DNA of 64,000 nucleotides from Gemmatimonadota bacterium. GTDB taxonomy: Bacteria; Gemmatimonadota; Gemmatimonadetes; Palauibacterales; Palauibacteraceae. A program made the translations under genes and the position numbers. Shown here piece by piece: positions 1 to 9,524 of the stretch (its first letter is position 1; each line of letters begins with the position of its first letter). The stretch spans positions 3,616,001 through 3,680,000 of the forward strand of contig OY762926.1 of assembly GCA_963666735.1 (NCBI GenBank). The letters are read 5' to 3'. The notes under the pieces are model-generated. The model had not been told where the DNA came from and did no database searches. It worked only from the letters and a program-made list of their open reading frames with translations.

Positions 1-1
1 T

Positions 2-1036
2 GACGTCACGCGCAACGGCGTCTTTCTTCGGGCCCGCCTCCGCGGGGAAGAGGTCGCGTTCGAGGCGGAATCGCCCTTCTTCCGACACGGGGAACGCACC
101 GTGCAGCTTGCGAATCCGCCATACGAGGAAGGCGGCGCCTTCTGGCTTCCGGCCGAGTTCGTCACGCGGTGGGTGTCGGAGGGATCGCCACAGGTCGCTG
201 CCGTGTCCCCGGGGTCCGAGCCGTCGGAGCCGTCCGCGTCATCTCCTGTGTCCCCGGCGTCCCCTGTGTCCCCTGTGTCCCCGCCGGCCGACGACCCGTT
301 GCCGGCCCGCGTCGACCCGGCCGCGCCGTGGCGCGTGATCATCGATCCGGGGCACGGAGGCCGCGACCCGGGCACGCTGGGCGGCACCAGCCAGGAGAAG
401 GACATCGTGCTCGCGATCGCGAGACGACTGTACGAGGAGCTTGAGGGGCGGGAGATGGTCGAGCCCTACCTGACCCGGGACAGGGATGTCTACGTGGACC
501 TCGACCTGCGCTCCCAGTTCGCGGTGGACCGGGCCGGGGACCTCTTCGTCTCGATCCACGCCAACGCCGCGGCGGACGAACGAGCGCGCGGGTTCGAGAC
601 CATCTTCCTCGGGCAGGCCCGCTCGGAGGAGGCGCGCGAGATTGCGCTGCGGGAGAACCGGGGCCCCGACGTGGACGACGCGGCGGGTTCGCCGTCCGAC
701 GTCCGGTTCATCCTCGCGGGACTGGACCGGACCGAGAATCTTGCCGAGTCGCGGCTCTTCGCCGGGTTCGTGCAGAACTCGATCCGAAGCGCCCGTCGCG
801 GCGGGTCGCCCGACCGCGGCGTCATCCAGGGCCCGTGGTGGGTGCTGCTCGGAGCGCTCGTGCGCATGCCGTCGGTGATCGTCGAAGTCGGATTTCTCTC
901 CAACGCGGAAGAGGAGCGCTACCTGAACGGCGCGGAGGGACAGGGAGCCATCGCTGGGGCGATCGCGGACGCGATCGTGGCGTACCGCGAGGACTTGCTG
1001 CGCCGGTACGCTCCCGCGCCGGAGCCGGGGTGCTGA
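2..1036 (+). CDS. N-acetylmuramoyl-L-alanine amidase (Amidase_3), 5'-truncated by window edge
   Basis: Motifs IIDPGHGG-DPG, EKDIVL, FVSIHANA, SVIVEVGFLSN; frame is open from position 2, upstream of the listed GTG at 101. Confidence 0.92.
   Translation, partial: DVTRNGVFLRARLRGEEVAFEAESPFFRHGERTVQLANPPYEEGGAFWLPAEFVTRWVSEGSPQVAAVSPGSEPSEPSASSPVSPASPVSPVSPPADDPLPARVDPAAPWRVIIDPGHGGRDPGTLGGTSQEKDIVLAIARRLYEELEGREMVEPYLTRDRDVYVDLDLRSQFAVDRAGDLFVSIHANAAADERARGFETIFLGQARSEEAREIALRENRGPDVDDAAGSPSDVRFILAGLDRTENLAESRLFAGFVQNSIRSARRGGSPDRGVIQGPWWVLLGALVRMPSVIVEVGFLSNAEEERYLNGAEGQGAIAGAIADAIVAYREDLLRRYAPAPEPGC
244..282 (+). repeat. 9-bp imperfect tandem repeat encoding an SPV/SPA proline-rich linker
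   Basis: cctgtgtcc-type units repeated about 4 times; protein SPVSPASPVSPVSPP just before the catalytic domain. Confidence 0.7.
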
Positions 1037-1848
1037 GCGCCGGCGCCGGCGGCGGTGTCGCCGTGGAGCGCGCGGTGCCGGTGAGCCGGCGGGCGACGTT
1101 GCTCTCCACGCGTCTCGTGGCCCGCGATACCTGGTGGCAGGAGTTCGACTGCCCGGACATCGCGGCTGCCGCGCGGCCCGGGCAGTTCGTCATGCTCGGC
1201 GTCGGGCTCGGCGCGCCGGGGGCCTGGCTCCTCCCGCGTCCGTTCAGCGTCGGCTGGACGGGCTCCGGCGGCGAAGTCGGCATCCTGCTGCGCGCCTACG
1301 GGCAGGGCACCCGGGCGCTGGCGAAACTGGAGGCCGGGCAGACCGCCCTCCTGCTCGGCCCGCTCGGCCGACCCTTCGACACGGAGGGCGCGGAAGTCGA
1401 GTGCATCGCCGGCGGCGTCGGGCTCGCTCCGTTCATCTTCCTCGCGGCGCGCGAGGCCGCCGCGGGACGGCGGGTGCGGCTCATCTACGGAGAGCGGGAC
1501 GCCGGAGCCGTCTTCGACCCCGGGCTCATCGCCCGCCTCACCGAGCACGACCCGGAGTTGTTCACGGAAGACGGAAGCGCCGGCCGGAAGGGGCTCGTGA
1601 CCGCCGGCCTCGACCCGGCGTCGAACGCGCTTCTCCTCGGCTGCGGTCCCACGCCGCTCCTCCGGGCGCTCGAGGCCTTCGCGCGGGAACATGGCCGCGG
1701 GCTCCAGGTCTCGGTGGAGGAACACATGGGCTGCGGGATCGGCACCTGCCAGGGGTGCGTGGTGCGCGGGGCGGACGGTCGCTGGGTGAAGTCGTGCATC
1801 GAGGGCTCCGTCTTCCCCGCGGAGGAACTCGACTGGGGGGCGATCTGA
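1030..1848 (+). CDS. pyrK: Dihydroorotate dehydrogenase B electron-transfer subunit
   Basis: PGQFVM, RPFS, GPLGRPF, IAGGVGLAP, CGP and MGCGIGTCQGC...C [2Fe-2S] motif; GTG start overlaps amidase stop; adjacent to pyrD. Confidence 0.9.
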   Translation: MLSAGAGGGVAVERAVPVSRRATLLSTRLVARDTWWQEFDCPDIAAAARPGQFVMLGVGLGAPGAWLLPRPFSVGWTGSGGEVGILLRAYGQGTRALAKLEAGQTALLLGPLGRPFDTEGAEVECIAGGVGLAPFIFLAAREAAAGRRVRLIYGERDAGAVFDPGLIARLTEHDPELFTEDGSAGRKGLVTAGLDPASNALLLGCGPTPLLRALEAFAREHGRGLQVSVEEHMGCGIGTCQGCVVRGADGRWVKSCIEGSVFPAEELDWGAI

Positions 1849-2810
1849 CCTCGGCTGCGGCGTCCCCGGGCCTCGTCCAGCGCGTGTTCGGGGCGGAGTT
1901 TCCGAGTCCCGTGCTCCTGGCCTCGGGCACGTGCGGCTACGGACAGGAATACGCGGATCTCATTCCCCTCGACGAGATCGGTGGGCTGGTCACGAAGGCG
2001 GTGAGCCTCGAGCCGCGCCCCGGGAACCCGCCGCACCGCGTCGCGGAGACGCCCGGCGGGATGATCAACGCGATCGGGCTCGAGAACCCCGGCCTGCGCG
2101 GCTTCATCGCGGAGAAACTCCCCTGGCTGCGCGAGCACCTCCGCCGCGCGCAGGTGTTCGTGAACGTCGTCGGGCACTCGGCGGAGGACTTCGCCGCCGT
2201 CGTAAGCGGACTCGACGGAGAGGATGGCTTCCTCGGGTACGAGATCAACGTCTCCTGCCCCAACGTGAAGGGCGGCACGATGTTCGGCACCGACGAACGG
2301 GCGCTGGCCGACCTTGTGGCGCGGCTCCGCGGCTGCACGGAGCGGCCGCTCGTGATCAAGCTCACGCCCAACGTTCCCGACGTGGGCGACTTCGCCCGCA
2401 TCTGCGAGGAAGCGGGGGCCGACGGCCTGAGCGCGATCAACACCTTCCCCGGGATGGTCGTCGACGTCGCGCGCCGCGAACCGCTGATCGGCAGCCGGTC
2501 CGGCGGCGTGAGCGGCCCCGCCATCCTCCCCATGGGCGTCTACGCGACGTGGCGGGCGCGGCAGACGTGCGAGCTTCCGATCATGGGGATCGGGGGGATC
2601 CGCAACGCAGAGGACGCGTTGCAGTACGTCCTCGCCGGCGCCTGCCTCGTCCAGATCGGGACGGCCTCGTTCGTCGATCCGGGCGCGGCCGTGGCGGTCC
2701 ACGAGGGGATCTCGGACCACCTGAGGGCGAACGGGGTCGCGCGCATCGAGGATCTCGTGGGCGTGCTCCGGGCCCGGCCCGGCACGGGCCCCGCGATTCC
2801 GGCCGGCTGA
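1845..2810 (+). CDS. pyrD: Dihydroorotate dehydrogenase, family 1B catalytic subunit (start uncertain)
   Basis: ASGTCGYG, TKAVS, GNPP-RVAET, NAIGLENPG, EINVSCPN, IKLTPN, GGVSGP, GIGGI; start is either CTG 1845 (overlapping pyrK stop) or GTG 1884. Confidence 0.92.
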   Translation: MTSAAASPGLVQRVFGAEFPSPVLLASGTCGYGQEYADLIPLDEIGGLVTKAVSLEPRPGNPPHRVAETPGGMINAIGLENPGLRGFIAEKLPWLREHLRRAQVFVNVVGHSAEDFAAVVSGLDGEDGFLGYEINVSCPNVKGGTMFGTDERALADLVARLRGCTERPLVIKLTPNVPDVGDFARICEEAGADGLSAINTFPGMVVDVARREPLIGSRSGGVSGPAILPMGVYATWRARQTCELPIMGIGGIRNAEDALQYVLAGACLVQIGTASFVDPGAAVAVHEGISDHLRANGVARIEDLVGVLRARPGTGPAIPAG

Positions 2811-4306
2811 TGGCTCCCGGAAAGGCGATTCCCGGCCAGGCGCTGGTCGACCTCGCGTCGGCGCTCTTCGTCGAGTGGCACGGCGAACCGCCGCAGGACA
2901 TCCGTCCCGTCGCCGCGGATGGCTCCACCCGCAGCTACTGGCGTCTCACCGCCCGGGACGGGGCGTCCGCCGTGGGCGCCCACGGGCCCGACCCCATGGA
3001 GAACCGGGCCTTTCTCTCCTACTCCCGCACGTTGCGCGAACTCGGACTGCCCGTGCCCGAGGTGTACGGAGCGGACGAGAAGTCCGGCGTGTGGCTCCTC
3101 GAGGATCTCGGCGACACGACCCTCTTCGATGCGATCAAGGAGGCCCGCGAGCCGGGATCGGACGCCCTCCCCGACGCCGTCCTCCCCCTCTACCGGCAGG
3201 TGCTCGAGGTCCTGCCGCGCTTCCAGGTCGAGGGAGGGAAGCGGATCGACTTCCGCCGCGCCTATCCCCGGGCCGCGTTCGACCGGCAGTCCATCCTGTG
3301 GGATCTCAACTACTTCAAGTACCACTTCCTGAAGCTCGCGCACATCCCGTTCAACGAAGCGCACCTCGAGCGCGACTTCTCGCGGCTCGCGCGGCATCTG
3401 CTCGCCGGCGACCGGTCCCGGTTCCTGTACCGCGACCTCCAGTCCCGCAACGTGATGGTGCGGCAGGGGCCGGAGGGTCCGGAACCCTGGTTCATCGACT
3501 ATCAGGGCGGACGGCGCGGGGCGCTGCAGTACGACGTGGCGTCGCTCCTCTACGACTCGAAGGCGAATCTCGGGCACCGGCAACGGGAGGCGCTGCTCGA
3601 TCACTACATCGGCGTCATCGAATCGCACGGGGTCGCGCGGCGCGAGGAGTTCCTCGAACTCTGGCCCGGGTACGTCCTCGTGCGGCTGCTGCAGGCGCTC
3701 GGGGCCTACGGTTACCGGGGGTTCTTCGAGCGGAAGCCGCGTTTCCTGCAGAGCGTGCCCTACGCGGCGGAGAACCTGCGGGGGTTGCTCGAGGGAGGTC
3801 TGCCCGCGGACGTCCCCGAACTCGAGGGGGCGCTGCGCGCGATCGTCGACCGCTGGGGCCGCGAGGCGGAGCCGTCGGCGGTCGAGGGAGGACTGGAGGT
3901 GACGGTCTCCAGCTTCCGGTATCCCGGCGGATATCCGGAGGACACGTCCGGTCACGGCGGAGGGTACGTGTTCGACTGCCGCGGGCTCACGAATCCGGGC
4001 CGGCAGGAGGCGTACCGCAACCTCACGGGTCTCGACGAGGAGACGATCGCCTTCATCGCGGCCCGGCCGGAGGCGCAGGAGTTCTGGGAACGGGTGCGGG
4101 GGATCGTGGACGCGCACATCGCGAACTACCTGGAGCGCGGGTTCCACAGCCTTGGCGTGCATTTCGGGTGTACGGGGGGGCAGCACCGCTCGGTGTACAT
4201 GGCGGAGCGGCTGCGCCAGCACCTGACCGTGCGCTTCCCGGACGTGCGCGTGGAGGTCACGCACCGGGAATCGGCGGACTGGCCCCGCCGTCCCGCGCGG
4301 GTCTGA
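2810..4306 (+). CDS. AmgK-like sugar phosphotransferase (APH fold) fused to a RapZ C-terminal-like domain
   Basis: ADGSTRSYWR, LEDLGD, YRDLQSRNVM, IDYQG, YDVASLL; C-terminus VSSF..DCRGL-NPG..GCTGGQHRSV; ATG overlaps pyrD stop (TGATG). Confidence 0.85.
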   Translation: MAPGKAIPGQALVDLASALFVEWHGEPPQDIRPVAADGSTRSYWRLTARDGASAVGAHGPDPMENRAFLSYSRTLRELGLPVPEVYGADEKSGVWLLEDLGDTTLFDAIKEAREPGSDALPDAVLPLYRQVLEVLPRFQVEGGKRIDFRRAYPRAAFDRQSILWDLNYFKYHFLKLAHIPFNEAHLERDFSRLARHLLAGDRSRFLYRDLQSRNVMVRQGPEGPEPWFIDYQGGRRGALQYDVASLLYDSKANLGHRQREALLDHYIGVIESHGVARREEFLELWPGYVLVRLLQALGAYGYRGFFERKPRFLQSVPYAAENLRGLLEGGLPADVPELEGALRAIVDRWGREAEPSAVEGGLEVTVSSFRYPGGYPEDTSGHGGGYVFDCRGLTNPGRQEAYRNLTGLDEETIAFIAARPEAQEFWERVRGIVDAHIANYLERGFHSLGVHFGCTGGQHRSVYMAERLRQHLTVRFPDVRVEVTHRESADWPRRPARV

Positions 4307-4328
4307 GCCGGCGGGCGGGGGCGGACGC

Positions 4329-5138
4329 GTGGAGGCGATGATCTTCGCGGCGGGCCGGGGACGCCGCCTGCGGCCGCTCACCGACGCGACGCCCAAGGCG
4401 CTCGTCGACTTCGGCGGCGTCCCCCTCCTGGAGCGCGTCGCCGGGAGCCTCGTCGCGGCCGGGGCCCACCGCCTGATCGTGAACGCCCACTATCTCGCCG
4501 GACAGGTGGCGGCGTGGGCCGAGGCGTCGTCGCTGGACGTTCCCGTGTTCGTGTCGCGGGAGGACGAGGAGTCGCCGGCTCCCCTCGACACGAGCGGCGG
4601 GCTCTTCCACGCGCGGCCGCTGTTCGAGGCGCGGGAACCCTTCCTGCTCCACAACTGCGACGTCGTGACCGAGGTCGACTTGGCGGCGCTGTATCGTGCG
4701 CACCTGGAGGGGGAGGCGCGGGACGGGCGGCTGGCCACGCTCGCGATCGCGGAGCGGGAGACGTCGCGCCCTCTCCTGGCGGACGGCCGGGGCGTGTACG
4801 GGCGCGCGAACCGGACGGAGGGGTGGGAAGTCATCGCGCGCGAGCCGTCGAGCGCACACGAAGCCCGGGAGGTCGGATTCTGCGGCATTCACGTGTTCTC
4901 ACCGCGCGTATTCGAACGCCACGCGGAAGGAGGCGTCTTCTCGATCATGGATTCGTACATGGACTGGATCGGGGACGGGGAGCACGTCGGCGTGTTCGAC
5001 GCGACGGGCGCGGCGTGGTACGACATCGGGACGCCGGAGCGGCTGCACGACGCGCGGCGCGCCTTTGGCGTGGCCACTGGCGCCGCGACAGCGCCTTCGG
5101 CAGCGGCCACGCCGAAGGTGGGGAGCGCGGACGCATGA
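4329..5138 (+). CDS. MurU-like sugar-1-phosphate nucleotidyltransferase
   Basis: AMIFAAGRGRRLRPLT..PKAL, VNAHYL, LDTSGG, HNCDV, WYDIGTPE; follows the AmgK-like gene. Confidence 0.85.
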   Translation: MEAMIFAAGRGRRLRPLTDATPKALVDFGGVPLLERVAGSLVAAGAHRLIVNAHYLAGQVAAWAEASSLDVPVFVSREDEESPAPLDTSGGLFHARPLFEAREPFLLHNCDVVTEVDLAALYRAHLEGEARDGRLATLAIAERETSRPLLADGRGVYGRANRTEGWEVIAREPSSAHEAREVGFCGIHVFSPRVFERHAEGGVFSIMDSYMDWIGDGEHVGVFDATGAAWYDIGTPERLHDARRAFGVATGAATAPSAAATPKVGSADA

Positions 5139-6142
5139 GGGCGATCCGCATCCGGGAGCCCGGCGGCCCCGAAGTCCTGGAACTCGTCGAGCGGGACGAC
5201 CCGGTCGACGCGGCGGGGGAGGTGCGGGTGCGCGTGCGGTGTGCGGGGATCAACCGGGCCGATCTCCTGCAGCGGATGGGCCGCTATCCGGCGCCCGCGG
5301 ACGCCCCCCCGGACATTCCGGGACTCGAGTTTGCCGGTGAGATCGAGACGGTCGGGGCCGGCGTCGCCGGCTGGTCGGCGGGCGACCGCGCGATGGGCAT
5401 TCTCGGGGGCGGCGGATACGCGGAGCGGGTAACGGTGCCGGCCGGGCAGCTCCTGCCCGTCCCGCCGACGCTGAGCTGGACCGAGGCGGGAGCGATCCCG
5501 GAGGTCTTCCTCACCGCGGCGGACGCCCTAGTCGAGCGCGGCCGCCTGCGCCCCGGCGAGTGCGTGCTCGTGCACACGGCCGGCGGCGGCGTCGGAACGG
5601 CCGCCCTGCAGCTTGCCCAGGCGGCCGGGGCGGGCGCGATCATCGCCACGGCGTCGGCGGACAAGCTTCGCCGCCTGCGTGAAGCCGGACTGCCGCACGA
5701 CCTCGCCGTCGACCGCCGGGCCGGCTCCTTCGCCGACGCCATCGCGCAGCACACCGCCCGGGCCGGCGCCGACGTCATCCTCGACACCGTCGGCGCCCCG
5801 TACTGGGAGGCGAACATGGCCAGCCTCGCCACGCTGGGCCGCCTCGTCATCGTCGGCGTCATGGGCGGCATGAAGGTCGAGGCCGATCTCCGCTATCTCA
5901 TGGGCAAGCGCGCGACCGTCGTCGGCACCGTCCTCCGCGCCCGCGCGAAGGCGGAGAAGGCATACCTCACGGAGATGTTCGCGACCCGCTTCCTCCCCGG
6001 ATTCAGCGAGCCGGAGGGCGACCCCTCCCACCTGCGCCCGGTCATCGACCGCGTGTTTCCCCTGGCCGAAGCCGCCGAGGCGCACCGCTACGTCGAGTCC
6101 AACCGCTCCTTCGGCAAGGTCCTCCTCGACCTCGATGCCTGA
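5135..6142 (+). CDS. NAD(P)H:quinone oxidoreductase (PIG3/zeta-crystallin family)
   Basis: GGPEVL, GINRADLLQR-G-Y, PGLEFAG, GGGVGTAA, GKVLL; ATGA overlap with upstream gene. Confidence 0.9.
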   Translation: MRAIRIREPGGPEVLELVERDDPVDAAGEVRVRVRCAGINRADLLQRMGRYPAPADAPPDIPGLEFAGEIETVGAGVAGWSAGDRAMGILGGGGYAERVTVPAGQLLPVPPTLSWTEAGAIPEVFLTAADALVERGRLRPGECVLVHTAGGGVGTAALQLAQAAGAGAIIATASADKLRRLREAGLPHDLAVDRRAGSFADAIAQHTARAGADVILDTVGAPYWEANMASLATLGRLVIVGVMGGMKVEADLRYLMGKRATVVGTVLRARAKAEKAYLTEMFATRFLPGFSEPEGDPSHLRPVIDRVFPLAEAAEAHRYVESNRSFGKVLLDLDA

Positions 6143-6295
6143 CGCGGGGCTTACACTAAAGGCTGTGCCGGTTCTCCTGCGTCAGTCCGACGATTCGCTC
6201 AACCGATCCACGCCGCGATTCGCGACCGGGCCGCGTAAGCCCTGACACACCCGCCTCGGCACCCGCCAGACTACCCAGACGGCGATGATGTTGCG

Positions 6296-7066
6296 TTGAG
6301 GTGCTGCGGTATCGCTACGTGTCGTGACATGCACAACTCCACCAATGGGAGCGCCATGATCGCCTATTGCCTCGCGGACGTGTTCAACCTCGAACTCTGG
6401 CCTCGCCACCGCCTGCCGGTGCAGCTCGCGGTTGAAGATGGCCTTCGCGACCTCGTCGGTCAGGTGAACTCCGCAGTGCCATCGGCCACCGAGGTCACGA
6501 TCCGCCTCTACGGCGGGTGGCATCGAGAGACGCTCAAAGCACCGGTCGACATCCGGCACATGATGGAGCGAGCCATCGAAAACAACCCCAAGAGATACCG
6601 GGCACAGAGAATTCGGGTTCAGCTTGCCGACCATCCCATCTGGGATCCGGGCACACCCCTCCTGCGTTCGCTTCGCGACTCGCCGCTGATGCGCGTACAC
6701 GCCCAGGTGACCCCATCGAAGCAGTGCTTCTCTCCGGCCACTTGCACGTCCGAAGCGCTTCGCAGCTGGTGTACGGGAACCTGTCCCGAGTCACGTTGTC
6801 CCGTGACGCTACGGCAGATTGCCCACCGCACTCGCCAGAAGATGGTGGATACGTTGCTCACGGCCGACGCGATGGCGATAATTAAAGACCGCCTTGCCCA
6901 CGCCGTCGTTCTTGCGAGCGACGATAGCGACATGATCCCGGCGCTGCTCGCGCTGTCGGCCTCCGACATCCAGCTCACTCATCTTCGCCGCCACGTCGCT
7001 GGTGGTTCCGTGGGCATGTATGATTCCGTATTCGACGAAACCGGTACGCACATCAGGAACTGGTAA
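6296..7066 (+). CDS. NYN (LabA/DUF88-like, PIN-fold) putative ribonuclease with Cys-rich insert
   Basis: Candidate DxxN (DMHN), IRLYGGW, QKMVDTLLTAD, VVLASDDSDMIPAL; start uncertain (frame open from 6239). Confidence 0.7.
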   Translation: MRCCGIATCRDMHNSTNGSAMIAYCLADVFNLELWPRHRLPVQLAVEDGLRDLVGQVNSAVPSATEVTIRLYGGWHRETLKAPVDIRHMMERAIENNPKRYRAQRIRVQLADHPIWDPGTPLLRSLRDSPLMRVHAQVTPSKQCFSPATCTSEALRSWCTGTCPESRCPVTLRQIAHRTRQKMVDTLLTADAMAIIKDRLAHAVVLASDDSDMIPALLALSASDIQLTHLRRHVAGGSVGMYDSVFDETGTHIRNW

Positions 7067-7069
7067 TCC

Positions 7070-9334
7070 ATGGACCGATTTGCGGAAATCAAGCGCGACA
7101 TCGCTCTCTTCGCCGACCCCGGTTCGGAAGTGATGGTCGAGGGCGAGCTCCTGCTATGGCAAAAGGATGGCATCGAACAGGGTGCCAGGCTGACGCAGCG
7201 CCCCGGCGATTTCCCGGACGTTAAGGTCGAGGGAGGGCAGGCGATGCCGTATAGGACCTTCCTCGCCAGCTCTCATCTAGCCGACCTCGGCAGCTTGGCC
7301 GAGTTCATGCTCAAAACCATTCCGCGATTGGACCACTACGTCGAAACGCGCGCCGGCGCGACCGGCGAGGACTCCCCAACCGCATCGTCCGCCGAACGCC
7401 AAAACGCGGACAAGCTCATAGCATCACTCGCCCGGAACCTGCCGTACGGCTCGACTCGCGTGATCCTTGTGCAAGGCGCGGCGGGGTCCGGCAAGACGAT
7501 GGTCCTGAAGAACATGACCTTGGCTCAGGCCGGGAGATACCACACCCGATCTGCGGACTCGCTCTTCTTTTACATTGACGCGCAGGGGCGCGCGCTGTCA
7601 CGTCTTGACGATGCGATGGCTCGCGATCTTCAAGACCTTCGGTCGCGCTTCTCGTACAGCGCCGTTCCTGTTCTTGTCCGACGTGGGCTCCTGGTACCGG
7701 TCATCGATGGCTTTGACGAACTGTTGGGGAGCGGCGGTTACGACGAGGCGTTCTCTTCGCTGGCCGCTTTCATCGCGCGGCTGGAGGGAAACGGTGCCGT
7801 GATTGCCTCGGCTCGCTCTACTTTTTTTGACTACAACGCCTTCCGCCAGAACGCGGAGAGATACGCACACGATGGCAAGCTCAACTACGAGGTTGCGTCG
7901 GTAGACATCGAACCCTGGACGGATGCCGACGCGGACGAACTCGTGGCAAAAGCCGGTGATCCGGATCTCCTGACGGACTTCCGGCGCTTCCGGGGCACGC
8001 TGGATGAATCAAACCGGGCCCTGCTCAGAAAACCGTTCTACGTGTCGCGGATCGCGGCTCTCTTGACGGACGGCCGCCAGCTCGATTCGCATGAGGCGAT
8101 GCTCGACACGCTAGTCAACGCCTTCCTCGAGCGAGAGCGCGAGAAAGCCCAAGGTAGAGATGGCAATCCACTGCTCGACGTGAACGGCCATCGCCGGCTC
8201 TTGGTCATGCTCGCGGAGGAAATGTGGTGGCTGGAGGCGCGCCGACTCGACTTGGAGACGGTTCGGACGGTAGCGGAACTAGTGATGGATGAACTGGGCG
8301 TACCAGTCGATTCGGCGTGGCAGATCATCGAACGGATGCCATTCTATGGGTTGCTTCGCACGAGTGGCACGGGTGTCGGGAACCTGCGGTTCGAACATGA
8401 GATGTTCTATGGATACTTCCTAGCCGATGCCCTCAAGCGATGCATAGAGGGAGAGCGCGGAGAGCTTCGGCGGTTCTTGGCGCGCTCGGTGATCGACGAG
8501 TCCGTGGTGGATCAAGTCATTGCCCTGTATGACGGAGACGTGGATGCCTGCACGGACGCGGCGGTCAAGATATGTGGTGTCCTGCGGCGAGGGTTGGGCG
8601 ACAGCGTGGCTCGGCAAAATGGCGGTCGCTTCGTAGCACGGGCGATCAAGATCGGCGGGCGGCTGCGGAACGGGGTCAAGCTGAAGCATCTCTATTTCGA
8701 CCAGGATGATTTCGGTCAAGCGGTTCTGACGGAGCCGCAGTTTCAGAACTGCTACTTCGACCGCACAGACTTCACAGGCCTCAAGATGGTAAGACCGGGA
8801 TTCAGGGAGTGCACGATTCAGATGCCCAAACTGAGTCTGAATGGCACGCGGCTGGCAGAGGCGGATCCGGAGCTAGCCGACATGATGACGGGTGTCGAGA
8901 TCATCTCAAATGGCCATCGGGCCGGAGAACCGCCCACAAGGATTTACGCGCCTGAGCAGGTAAGGGAGGTCTTGATTCGATTGGGGATGAGGGGTGAGGA
9001 GAGCGGCGAGACGGGACCCAAGTACAATGACCGGCAGCGAGACCGCATACGATTGGTTGAGCGATTCCTCCTGAAAATGGAGCGCCGCTTCTACGTAGCA
9101 GCGGAGGATTTCGGTCGCCTCGGCTTGGCCGGTAGTCCTGAGTGGGACACCGTGTACGGCCTGCTCAAAGAATGTGGAATGACGAGAGAGGAGCGGCGGC
9201 CGATGTCCGGCCCGAGCAAGCCGCTGGTCCGCCTAAGCTACCCCGCAACCGTCATCCGGAGCGGCGAGAATACGGAAGACGGCCGGCATCCAGAAGTCCA
9301 GCGCTTCTGGCAGGAATTGTTGAACGCGAGATGA
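7070..9334 (+). CDS. NACHT/STAND-type P-loop NTPase with pentapeptide-repeat-like C-terminal region
   Basis: Walker A GAAGSGKT, Walker B VPVIDGFDE, sensor IASAR, LRKPFY, winged-helix motif FEHEMFYGYFLA; periodic F/L every 5 residues (FQNCYFDRTDFTGL). Confidence 0.8.
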   Translation: MDRFAEIKRDIALFADPGSEVMVEGELLLWQKDGIEQGARLTQRPGDFPDVKVEGGQAMPYRTFLASSHLADLGSLAEFMLKTIPRLDHYVETRAGATGEDSPTASSAERQNADKLIASLARNLPYGSTRVILVQGAAGSGKTMVLKNMTLAQAGRYHTRSADSLFFYIDAQGRALSRLDDAMARDLQDLRSRFSYSAVPVLVRRGLLVPVIDGFDELLGSGGYDEAFSSLAAFIARLEGNGAVIASARSTFFDYNAFRQNAERYAHDGKLNYEVASVDIEPWTDADADELVAKAGDPDLLTDFRRFRGTLDESNRALLRKPFYVSRIAALLTDGRQLDSHEAMLDTLVNAFLEREREKAQGRDGNPLLDVNGHRRLLVMLAEEMWWLEARRLDLETVRTVAELVMDELGVPVDSAWQIIERMPFYGLLRTSGTGVGNLRFEHEMFYGYFLADALKRCIEGERGELRRFLARSVIDESVVDQVIALYDGDVDACTDAAVKICGVLRRGLGDSVARQNGGRFVARAIKIGGRLRNGVKLKHLYFDQDDFGQAVLTEPQFQNCYFDRTDFTGLKMVRPGFRECTIQMPKLSLNGTRLAEADPELADMMTGVEIISNGHRAGEPPTRIYAPEQVREVLIRLGMRGEESGETGPKYNDRQRDRIRLVERFLLKMERRFYVAAEDFGRLGLAGSPEWDTVYGLLKECGMTREERRPMSGPSKPLVRLSYPATVIRSGENTEDGRHPEVQRFWQELLNAR

Positions 9335-9524
9335 TTCCCCGGCGTCACGAGGCTACAAGCCGAAGTGGATCTCGCCGCGGCCGAGCGATTCGACGCCGAC
9401 CTCCCGTAGACCGCGCTGGATACGCTCTGCGAGCCAATGTGCGCGGTGATACCTGAGAGTCTTGCAGTCTCCATCGGTCAGGTAAACCGTGTTGAGTTGC
9501 TGCGTGATGCAGTGCAGTTGTGAC

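Noticed and set aside
1845..1847. Non-canonical CTG start of pyrD as a regulatory feature
   Set aside because: An in-frame GTG at 1884 is also plausible; cannot be decided from sequence
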